Source: a virus
Virus record (IMG/VR): IMGVR_UViG_3300032287_002972
Span: 1-64,000 of that record
Strand: one strand, 5' to 3'
DNA length: 64,000 bases
The notes beneath the pieces were generated by a model. It was not told the DNA's origin. It ran no database searches and saw nothing but the letters and a program-made list of their open reading frames with translations. This document shows, in pieces, positions 51,788-59,574 of the stretch. The position numbers were made by a program, and so were the translations under genes. Numbering within the stretch: position 1 is the first letter of the stretch; every line of letters begins with the position of its first letter.

Positions 51788-52573
51788 TCATTGTTTTATA
51801 GATAATTCTTTATCAATGACTTTTGTTTTTATACCCATTAATTTTTTAATATAACCGTTTCTTCTTAACAGTTTAAAAGTTAAATTTTCATAGGAAAATT
51901 CACCACCACTTTCCAAACCACTTTGTCTAAACTTCTTTAATTTATTTTTTATTAATTCTACTTGTTTTATTTTTTCATCACCACTTTTTGTGTCTTTAAC
52001 TAAATCATCAATTTGTTTTTCAAAATCATTACTTTTCTCTAAAATTTTCTTTTCATCTATATCATGTGGTGTTTTTAATTTATTTGGTTCAATAACCCAT
52101 TCATTATTTAAAACAGAATATATTCCAGAAGATATTGATTTATCATTAATATCTTGAACATATAATTCCACTTCATAATTTTTAATTTTAATATTTGTGG
52201 TTAAACCCCAATTTTTTTTCTTTGTTTCAAAAAATTCTTCAATTATTTTTTTATATACATCATTATTCATATTATTTGGTATGATTTCATTTATATCATA
52301 CATAATATGTAAATCAACATCTGAATATTTTGACCAATTATAATTTGAAAGGGAACCTGTCAAATGAACATCAAAAACAAAAAAATCAATTTTTAGATAT
52401 TCTAAAAAATTATCAGTTATTTTTAATAATTTTTCTCTCACATCTTCTCTTAAAATGTAAGATCCATTTTTTTTTTCAAAAATATCTGATGATAAAGAAT
52501 TTTTTATTTTAAAAGATTTTAATATTCTTTTATCTTTTTCAATATCTTCAATTAATTCGTTTAATATACTCAT
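51788..52573 (-). CDS. Pol-beta-superfamily nucleotidyltransferase
   Basis: LTGSLSNYNWSKYSDVDLH (GS...DxD) and VELYVQD. Confidence 0.82.
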   Translation of the reverse strand: MSILNELIEDIEKDKRILKSFKIKNSLSSDIFEKKNGSYILREDVREKLLKITDNFLEYLKIDFFVFDVHLTGSLSNYNWSKYSDVDLHIMYDINEIIPNNMNNDVYKKIIEEFFETKKKNWGLTTNIKIKNYEVELYVQDINDKSISSGIYSVLNNEWVIEPNKLKTPHDIDEKKILEKSNDFEKQIDDLVKDTKSGDEKIKQVELIKNKLKKFRQSGLESGGEFSYENLTFKLLRRNGYIKKLMGIKTKVIDKELSIKQ

Positions 52574-52815
52574 TTTATTTTTTCGTACTTATATTTTTTT
52601 GATATGTTTGAGTTAAAATATTTTCCTTGTGATTCTGCCATTCTTAATTTTGTAAACACTTCCCATGGAACTTCATTATATTGATATAATGAATTATTAT
52701 TAAATTCTACCAATAATGTTTTTTCTTCCGTATTATAGGTCGAGGATTTTATATTAGATGATTGAATTTGAACTTGGATTACTTTACCTTCAATCTTTTC
52801 GGATAGTATTGCCAT
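52570..52815 (-). CDS. KTSC-domain protein
   Basis: SSNIKSSTYN....LLVEFNN..LYQY.EVP.......AES.GKYFN.NI. Confidence 0.9.
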   Translation of the reverse strand: MAILSEKIEGKVIQVQIQSSNIKSSTYNTEEKTLLVEFNNNSLYQYNEVPWEVFTKLRMAESQGKYFNSNISKKYKYEKIK

Positions 52816-52820
52816 ACTTT

Positions 52821-53543
52821 TTATCTTTTAAAACGATTTTTTCTTCTATTTTGTTTTATTTCTCTAAGTACTGAGGATAATGATTCGTTAATATTATTCT
52901 CTTTATTACTACCATCTAGTTTCCATCCACTTGCAATCATTTCTTTTACCAATGATATATTTTCATCAGTTGGTTCAAAACCTAATTCTTTTAAAATCAC
53001 ATATGGATTAATTTCATTTTCTTTCTTTTTAACGTCATATTTTGTTGACTTAATTAGTGTTAGTTTTTTGGGGTCTAAACCTTTTTCTTTTAATGCATTC
53101 TCTCTTTCTCTCTTTTCTTTGTCTCTTAAATCACCTATTTGAACACCTAAAGTTCTTCTTTCGAAATCATTTTTACGGTGTTCGTCACCTGCAAATTCTT
53201 CTATAATATCTTTACATATTTCGGTTAATTCTTTTTCAGTAAAACCATCATATTTTTCAAAAACAATATTTTGCATCTTACTTGGTCTATCTAAACCAGG
53301 TCTTCCTAATAAATGATGAAAATTAGCCGTTTGTTTTAGAAAAGAAGCTTCTGAAGTACCAATAATATCGGCAATTTCTTTTGTATTTACACCTAATTTT
53401 CCTAAATTAAACTTTGCCGAGTAAAATGCTAACAATTGTTCTTCTTCACTCCATTTTTCTTTATATTCTCCTTTTCTACCATATTCGTTTATTTGGTTAT
53501 TAAGAATATTCTTTAATTGATTTTCAGTTATCTGTACTATCAT
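52821..53543 (-). CDS. Hypothetical protein with N-terminal VQITENQLKNIL and C-terminal INES..VLREI tags
   Basis: ORF with TATTTATA upstream; possible HTH-like segment EIADIIGTSEAS. Confidence 0.7.
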   Translation of the reverse strand: MIVQITENQLKNILNNQINEYGRKGEYKEKWSEEEQLLAFYSAKFNLGKLGVNTKEIADIIGTSEASFLKQTANFHHLLGRPGLDRPSKMQNIVFEKYDGFTEKELTEICKDIIEEFAGDEHRKNDFERRTLGVQIGDLRDKEKRERENALKEKGLDPKKLTLIKSTKYDVKKKENEINPYVILKELGFEPTDENISLVKEMIASGWKLDGSNKENNINESLSSVLREIKQNRRKNRFKR

Positions 53544-53574
53544 TTTAATTTTTTATTATAAATATCTCAAAAAT

Positions 53575-53601
53575 AAAAAAACCCCACAAATGTGGGGTTT
53601 T
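53575..53601 (-). terminator. Intrinsic terminator after Hsp20
   Basis: AAAAAAACCCCACA-AA-TGTGGGGTTTT. Confidence 0.88.
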
Positions 53602-53605
53602 ATTA

Positions 53606-53974
53606 TTACTCTAAAGAAATTATTCTTTCTTTATTTTTTTCTTTAGATTTTGGTAAAATTATCTCTAAAATACCATTTTTTACATTCGCACTGATATCTT
53701 CTTCCGATATATCATTTGGAATGAAATAAGATTTTTTAAATGAACTAATAAATGAGAGTTTTTCATCTTCATTATTTTCTTTGTCATATTTAATTGTTAT
53801 CAAATCATCTTTTATCGAAATAGATAAATCTTCTTTTGATAACCCAGGTACTGATAAATAAACTAAGTACCTATCTTCCTTCTCATTAAATTTTACAGAG
53901 TTATTTTTTGAGAAGTCTTTGTCAAAAAGTGAATCTAAGACATCTTTCAACGGATCTTTGTAAATTGTTACCAT
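53606..53974 (-). CDS. Small heat shock protein (Hsp20/alpha-crystallin)
   Basis: VPGLSKEDLSI, SFKKSY.IP, ISANVKNGILEIILPK. Confidence 0.93.
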   Translation of the reverse strand: MVTIYKDPLKDVLDSLFDKDFSKNNSVKFNEKEDRYLVYLSVPGLSKEDLSISIKDDLITIKYDKENNEDEKLSFISSFKKSYFIPNDISEEDISANVKNGILEIILPKSKEKNKERIISLE

Positions 53975-54026
53975 ATTTTTATATTTTTACTTTTTTTTTA
54001 TCAAAAAACATTCCTTTAGAAAAAAA

Positions 54027-54069
54027 AAGACAAAATGTCTTGTTAAACTGAAAAAAAGTCATATATTTG
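54027..54069. promoter_or_regulatory. Two palindromic operator-like sites plus TATATTTG (-7) in the divergent hsp20/clpC intergenic region
   Basis: AAGACA-AAA-TGTCTT (54027-54041), TGAAAAAAAGTCA (54049-54061), TATATTTG (54062-54069). Confidence 0.5.
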
Positions 54070-54114
54070 TACTTTATAATTTTTTTTGTATAATAATTTA
54101 AAAAACAAAAACAA

Positions 54115-56121
54115 ATGGCAGTAGATTATTTTGACGAAGGTCAACAAACATCCTTTAAGAGAGGAAGAAAAGGTTCAAAAACACCAATTCTCGACAATTT
54201 TTCAAGAGATTTGAACAAATTGGCTGAAGAAGGAAAAATTGATCCGGTTATTGGTCGAGATTCTGAAGTAAAAAGAATCGCACAAATTATTTCAAGAAAG
54301 AAAAAAAATAATGTTGTGATTGTTGGTGATGCTGGTGTGGGTAAATCTGTATTAGTTGAAAAATTAGCTTTATTAATCGTTAAAGGAGAATGTCCTTCAA
54401 ATCTTTTAGATAAAAGAATATTATCCTTAGATTTAACTTCATTGGTGGCTGGAACAAAATATAGAGGTCAGTTTGAAGAAAGAATTAAAGCAATTTTAAA
54501 TGAGTTACAAAACGAACCAAACATCATTGTTTTTATTGATGAATTACATACAATGGTTGGTGCGGGTAATGCTAGTGGATCAATGGATGTTGCTAATATT
54601 TTAAAACCAGCACTTGCTCGTGGAGAAATTCAATGTATAGGTGCGACAACTTTTGATGAATATAAAAAACATATTGAAAAAGATGCGGCATTAGTTAGGA
54701 GATTTCAAAAGATTCTTTTAAAAGAACCAACAAAAAGTGAAACTATCCTCATTTTAAATAATCTAAAAGATGTTTACCAAAACTTCCATAAAGTCAATTA
54801 TAGTGATGATGTTGTGGAAACTATTGTGAATTTATCGGGACAATATATTACTGATAGACAATTTCCAGATAAGGCAATTGATATTTTAGATGAACTAGGT
54901 TCTAATAAAAAAATAAATATAAAATCACCCGAAGTAATTGAAGAATTAAAAAAAGAGATAGAAAAAATAAAAGAAAGTAAATTACAGGTAGTGAAAAATC
55001 AAAATTATGAACAAGCTGCCAAACTTAGAGACGAAGAAAAGAAACTTTTAGTTAAACTAGATACTGAAAAAACTGATTGGTCTGAAAAACAAAAGAATAA
55101 TTTAATTCCAATTAACGTAGATGATGTATATAATATTGTTTCTGAAATTACCGGAATACCAATTTCTAAGTTAGATAGTAATGAAACCGAAAAACTAATA
55201 AAACTTGAAGAAAAACTTTCTTCAAAAATTATTGGTCAAAATGATGCTATTTCAATTATATCTAAATCCATAAGAAGAAACAGAGTTGGTATCAAAGATA
55301 ATAATAGACCTATTGGTTCATTTATTTTTCTCGGTTCAACAGGTGTTGGTAAGACATACTTAGCGAAAACTATTGCTGAAGTTGTTTTTGGTGATCCAAA
55401 TAAAATGATTCGAGTTGATATGAGTGAATTCATGGAAAAACATAATGTTTCTCGTTTAATTGGTTCACCACCAGGATATATTGGTCATGACGAAGGTGGT
55501 CAATTAACTGAAAAGATAAAAAATAATCCGTTTTCAGTTATTCTTTTTGACGAAATAGAAAAGGCACATAAAGATGTTTATAATATTCTTTTACAAATAA
55601 TGGACGAAGGTCATCTTACCGATTCTTTTGGTAGAAAAGTTAATTTTACTAATACCATTATTATTATGACATCCAATGTTGGTGCCAAAAAAGTTTCAGA
55701 TTTTGGAAATGGTTTAGGGTTTGTTACATCTTCTAGTGAACTACAAAAAGATGAAGTAAAAAAGTCTATTGTAAAACAATCACTAAAACAACAATTCACA
55801 CCTGAATTTTTAAATCGGATTGATGATATTATATTATTTAATTCTTTAAACAATGATGATATTAAAAATATTATTGATATTGAATTAAATAAATTGGTTA
55901 AAAGACTTTCTGAAAAGAATTATACCATATCTTTTGATAAAAGTGTAAATGACCAAATTATTAATTTAAATACAATGGAAGAATATGGAGCAAGACCGAT
56001 TAGAAGAATTATTCAAAATTTATGTGAAGATTTTCTTTCTGACGAAATATTAAAAGGTAATATAAAGGAAAATTTACCAATAAATTTAAAATTCGAAGAA
56101 AATAAGATAATAATTTTTTAA
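54115..56121 (+). CDS. clpC: ClpC-like Hsp100 AAA+ ATPase lacking the N-terminal domain
   Basis: DPVIGR, GDAGVGKS, AGTKYRGQFEER, FIDELH, UVR-type middle domain QNYEQAAKLRDEE, GSTGVGKT, RLIGSPPGYIG, LGF loop, YGARP. Confidence 0.92.
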   Translation: MAVDYFDEGQQTSFKRGRKGSKTPILDNFSRDLNKLAEEGKIDPVIGRDSEVKRIAQIISRKKKNNVVIVGDAGVGKSVLVEKLALLIVKGECPSNLLDKRILSLDLTSLVAGTKYRGQFEERIKAILNELQNEPNIIVFIDELHTMVGAGNASGSMDVANILKPALARGEIQCIGATTFDEYKKHIEKDAALVRRFQKILLKEPTKSETILILNNLKDVYQNFHKVNYSDDVVETIVNLSGQYITDRQFPDKAIDILDELGSNKKINIKSPEVIEELKKEIEKIKESKLQVVKNQNYEQAAKLRDEEKKLLVKLDTEKTDWSEKQKNNLIPINVDDVYNIVSEITGIPISKLDSNETEKLIKLEEKLSSKIIGQNDAISIISKSIRRNRVGIKDNNRPIGSFIFLGSTGVGKTYLAKTIAEVVFGDPNKMIRVDMSEFMEKHNVSRLIGSPPGYIGHDEGGQLTEKIKNNPFSVILFDEIEKAHKDVYNILLQIMDEGHLTDSFGRKVNFTNTIIIMTSNVGAKKVSDFGNGLGFVTSSSELQKDEVKKSIVKQSLKQQFTPEFLNRIDDIILFNSLNNDDIKNIIDIELNKLVKRLSEKNYTISFDKSVNDQIINLNTMEEYGARPIRRIIQNLCEDFLSDEILKGNIKENLPINLKFEENKIIIF

Positions 56122-56161
56122 TTTTTTTGTTCTTTTGAGAAATTGTATATATTTATATTCA

Positions 56162-56270
56162 TATATCTTTTATAAATAAGGAATCTTTGCCGATATCCTT
56201 TCGTTTAAGTCGTGGAGTTGAATCCACAAATGACCTGTAAGCCTCGACCCCAAATCGAGGCTTTTTTTTT
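56162..56270 (+). ncRNA. Candidate small RNA A (contains 16S-3'-tail-like GAUAUCCUUUC)
   Basis: TATTTATA at 56150-56157; GC-richer island with no ATG-initiated ORF of note; hairpin GTGGA/TCCAC; terminator AAGCCTCGA/TCGAGGCTT plus T-run. Confidence 0.55.
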
Positions 56271-56331
56271 ATCAAAATTTTTTTTTATCAAAAATATTTA
56301 TTATATTTGTCTTATTAATTAAAAAAAAAAC

Positions 56332-56646
56332 ATGACAAAAGATACTACAACATTAAAATTAACCATACATGGTAAATACGATAATTATACTGATTTTTAT
56401 GCGATGAATAAGAATATTATATATAATAACATAATTGATTTATTTGAATGTTTTAAAGAAGATGAAAAAAAACGTTTAGTTTTAAAATTGTCTGCTAATA
56501 TTGAAAATATTAAATGGAAAACTGATTTAGAATTTACAAGAGAAGAGATACATATTCTTAAAAGGGATGTGTTACCTTATTTTGAAGAACTTGAAGAATA
56601 CGAAACTTGTGAACGAGTAATTAATTTATGTAAACTTTTAGAATAA
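56332..56646 (+). CDS. Hypothetical protein with C-terminal UVR-like motif
   Basis: YFEELEEYETCERV; TATATTTG at 56302-56309. Confidence 0.65.
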   Translation: MTKDTTTLKLTIHGKYDNYTDFYAMNKNIIYNNIIDLFECFKEDEKKRLVLKLSANIENIKWKTDLEFTREEIHILKRDVLPYFEELEEYETCERVINLCKLLE

Positions 56647-56677
56647 AAAAGGGAAGAATTTAAAACTCTTCCCTTTT
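56645..56677. terminator. Bidirectional terminator between convergent genes
   Basis: AAAAAAGGGAAGA...TCTTCCCTTTT. Confidence 0.85.
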
Positions 56678-56697
56678 AAAATTTAATTAAAGTAATG

Positions 56698-56865
56698 TTA
56701 CCATCCTTTTCCTGATACATTACTGTCTTTAGCAAGAGTAAATCCTACCGCACTTAGTATAGTGCTAATCATTCCAGCTTGGCTAGCGCTAATCCAATCC
56801 ATGTAAGTTGCGAAAGAAACTAGTGCTAGTACTAATCCTGCAACTGTGGTTTTCCAATTTTTCAT
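56698..56865 (-). CDS. 55-aa two-TM membrane protein, holin-like (not in ORF track)
   Basis: My translation: MKNWKTTVAGLVLALVSFATYMDWISASQAGMISTILSAVGFTLAKDSNVSGKGW*. TATTTATA upstream. Confidence 0.75.
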   Translation of the reverse strand: MKNWKTTVAGLVLALVSFATYMDWISASQAGMISTILSAVGFTLAKDSNVSGKGW

Positions 56866-56927
56866 AATTTTTAATTTTTTAAAAAAATTTATTTGTTTAT
56901 AAATATCAATATTTTTTAAAATATGAT

Positions 56928-57191
56928 TTATTCTTCAGATGTTGATTCATTTTTTTCTAAATTTTTTTTGTTTATCCATTTATCTAATGATGCTATTCCA
57001 AATGAACCAAGTGTGATTACTAGAAATCCATCAAAAATAAATTCATTAATTAAAAGTTGTTTTCCCATCCAACCTGTAATTATATCGACAATCATGGTTA
57101 AAACCATCATTATAAAGGATATAAACCCTACTACTGATTTCTCATTAATTGAATTTTTATCATCAATTAATTCTTTTATAAATTTTTTCAT
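56928..57191 (-). CDS. 87-aa two-TM membrane protein
   Basis: Hydrophobic segments VVGFISFIMMVLTMIVDII and IFDGFLVITLGSFGIAS. Confidence 0.75.
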   Translation of the reverse strand: MKKFIKELIDDKNSINEKSVVGFISFIMMVLTMIVDIITGWMGKQLLINEFIFDGFLVITLGSFGIASLDKWINKKNLEKNESTSEE

Positions 57192-57269
57192 TTTATTTAT
57201 CTTTGGTTAATTATAAATATCAGTTAAACAACTGATATAATATATTTATATATAAGAAAATTATAACAA

Positions 57270-57872
57270 ATGAAAGAATTTTTTTTAATATTCGTATTAA
57301 TACTGTTTCCGATAATTAAACAGGATAATGATATTAGTTTAAATAAAGTCCCTGTTTTATTTATAGGTGATTCTCATACCTCTAATCATTCATGGGGGTG
57401 GCAGATACTTCTTAGAAATAAAACTAAATTAGAATTACATAATACTTCTGTTGTTGGTAAACATGTATCCACAATGGTTAAAACATCTAAAAAAACGATC
57501 ACACCATATTTTAAGTATTGTTTTATATATGGAGGTGTGAATGATATATATTCAAAACGAAATCCATATTTAGTATACAAAGATATTCAAACTATGGTAA
57601 ATATATGTAATTTAAATAATGTTAAACCTATAGTTATTGTTGGTTTAAACATAAACGAATGTATAAAAACCACAAAAAACCAAGAATATTTTAAACAAAA
57701 CTATATTAAATATCAACAGTTATTAAATGATAGTATTGTTGGTGCTAAAATAATTAATATTAATAATATTAACAGAAATGATTGTTTTGATTGGATTTGT
57801 CATATGAAATATTCTGGACATAAAAAATTATCAGACATAGTAATAAAAGAAATGAATTTTAAATCATATTAA
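57270..57872 (+). CDS. SGNH/GDSL hydrolase with N-terminal signal or anchor
   Basis: FIGDSHT, GGVND, DWICH..YSGH. Confidence 0.88.
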   Translation: MKEFFLIFVLILFPIIKQDNDISLNKVPVLFIGDSHTSNHSWGWQILLRNKTKLELHNTSVVGKHVSTMVKTSKKTITPYFKYCFIYGGVNDIYSKRNPYLVYKDIQTMVNICNLNNVKPIVIVGLNINECIKTTKNQEYFKQNYIKYQQLLNDSIVGAKIININNINRNDCFDWICHMKYSGHKKLSDIVIKEMNFKSY

Positions 57873-57922
57873 TTTGGTATTATGATTTTTTTTTTGTATA
57901 TTTATTCAATTAAATATTTTAT

Positions 57923-58609
57923 ATGTCGTATCCTGAAGAAATCATAAGTGTTGTCATTTCAACAAGAAAAATTGATGATTCTAATGTACTAAAACTTAAA
58001 AAAAAGTTTTCACATCCAAGAACAGAAATATTGGTTTATGAAAATAATAATGATTTTTCTCTTTCTAAATTATATAATAAAGGTTTAGAAGAATCATCTA
58101 ACAATATTGTTGTTTTTATGCACGACGATATCGATATTGAAACACCTAACGTTGCTCACATTATAAATCAATTATTTAGTAAATTTCCTGACCATGGTAT
58201 TATTGGTTTGGCCGGTACAGATGAATTAGTAAGTGGTGTGTGGTGGGAAAAAAGAGATAAATTGTATGGTAAAGTAAAACATCAACATAATGGAAAAATT
58301 CATTGTAATCATTACTCAGAAAGTTTAGGATTTAATCTAAAAGATGTTGTTGCCGTTGATGGTTTGTTTTTTGCAGTACATAAGAATAGAATCAAAGAAA
58401 AATTTGACGAGACCTTTGACGGGTTCCATTTTTATGACATACCTTTTTGTGTTTTAAATTATTTACAAGGTGTTAAAATTGGTGTAACAACTAAAATCAT
58501 GGTAGTACACAAATCAATAGGACAAGTAAATGAACAATGGGTAAATAATAAATTAATTTTTGAAAAAAAATATGGTAATCATTTACCATTATTAATAAAA
58601 ACTTTTTAA
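57923..58609 (+). CDS. GT2-like glycosyltransferase
   Basis: YNKGLEES...VFMHDD, GIIGLAG, VDGLF, FDE.F.GFHFYD. Confidence 0.85.
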   Translation: MSYPEEIISVVISTRKIDDSNVLKLKKKFSHPRTEILVYENNNDFSLSKLYNKGLEESSNNIVVFMHDDIDIETPNVAHIINQLFSKFPDHGIIGLAGTDELVSGVWWEKRDKLYGKVKHQHNGKIHCNHYSESLGFNLKDVVAVDGLFFAVHKNRIKEKFDETFDGFHFYDIPFCVLNYLQGVKIGVTTKIMVVHKSIGQVNEQWVNNKLIFEKKYGNHLPLLIKTF

Positions 58610-58646
58610 GTTTAATCCATATATTTATAATTAAAAAAACCGAATT

Positions 58647-58868
58647 ATGAAAAATTTGTTAGAAAACATTAAAACTTTTTTTGGTGTTGGTAAAAATGTT
58701 GAATCAGCAAAAAATGAAACAATTGTTGATGTTAAACCACAAGTAACCGAAAAAAAATCAAGTGTTAAGCAATCGAAACCTAAGAAAAAATCAACGGAGG
58801 AGATTCCTACAATTACACTTGATACTGTAACAATCACCGCAAGTAAAAAAGAATCAGAAGGAAACTAA
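58647..58868 (+). CDS. Hypothetical protein
   Basis: TATTTATA at 58622-58629; directly upstream of the tmRNA. Confidence 0.55.
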   Translation: MKNLLENIKTFFGVGKNVESAKNETIVDVKPQVTEKKSSVKQSKPKKKSTEEIPTITLDTVTITASKKESEGN

Positions 58869-58885
58869 TTTATTTTTTTATTAAT

Positions 58886-59309
58886 GGGGATGACATAGAA
58901 TCGATTGGTGTTAATATTGTGAGTAGGCACGTAGTCGGATTTCATCTACGACTTTAATAAATGGTGGAAAAAATTAGACGGAGACGTTTACAAAAACATG
59001 GAAATTGTTGGTTTACTAGCAACTTCTAACGTGGAAGTAGCCTAAGGGTAAAAACACGAAACGGGTCGGTGGACATATAACCTTGGAACAGAAGTCCCTA
59101 CGGTGTGATACAACCATAAAAGTGTCAAAGGTCTAGTTCAGAGAACTACCTATAAACCCATGAAAATGGTAAAAGTGAACTCGACACAGTTTTCGGTAAC
59201 AATGTCAAAATAGGAACCAAATATTTGTCAGTTGTGAATTAATTGAATAAACGTGTAGTCTATTTATGGTATTGCAAACAAGACCTGGTGGCAGTGACCA
59301 GCATCTCCA
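58886..59309 (+). ncRNA. ssrA: tmRNA
   Basis: 5' GGGGATG pairs with 3' CATCTCC (59302-59308) with a G3-U wobble and discriminator A; T-arm CTGGT-GGCAGTG-ACCAG; internal tag frame 58980-59045 GDVYKNMEIVGLLATSNVEVA*; CCA not encoded. Confidence 0.88.
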
Positions 59310-59317
59310 CTTAAACA

Positions 59318-59349
59318 AAAAAACCCACCAATTGGTGGGTTTTTTTTTT
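59318..59349 (+). terminator. Terminator after tmRNA
   Basis: AAACCCACCA-AT-TGGTGGGTTTTTTTTTT. Confidence 0.88.
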
Positions 59350-59449
59350 GTAAAGATTTTCTTAAATGAATGTTTTAAATTAATAATTTAGATTTTTTAA
59401 TAAATATATCATAATAATATATTTTTTTTTTATAAATGTAAACACTATA

Positions 59450-59548
59450 AACAAACAAAGGAGTCAAATTGACTCCTTTGTTGAGATTTTGATACCTCCT
59501 TTCGTTTTTAGTTTATTTATTATCATATAGCGACCAACCATATGAGTC
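59450..59548 (-). ncRNA. Candidate small RNA B carrying an extended Shine-Dalgarno (GAAAGGAGGU)
   Basis: Minus-strand TATTTAT at 59554-59560; 8-bp 5' hairpin (59523-59545) whose G-U pair works only on the minus strand; SD at 59494-59503; terminator 59454-59482. A 25-aa ORF (59464-59541) is an alternative reading. Confidence 0.55.
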
Positions 59549-59574
59549 TATTAATAAATATCACAAAATTTATT

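Noticed and set aside
58886-59309. tRNA-Ala gene or intron-containing tRNA
   Set aside because: Acceptor halves are ~420 nt apart with an internal tag frame and no anticodon arm, which fits tmRNA.
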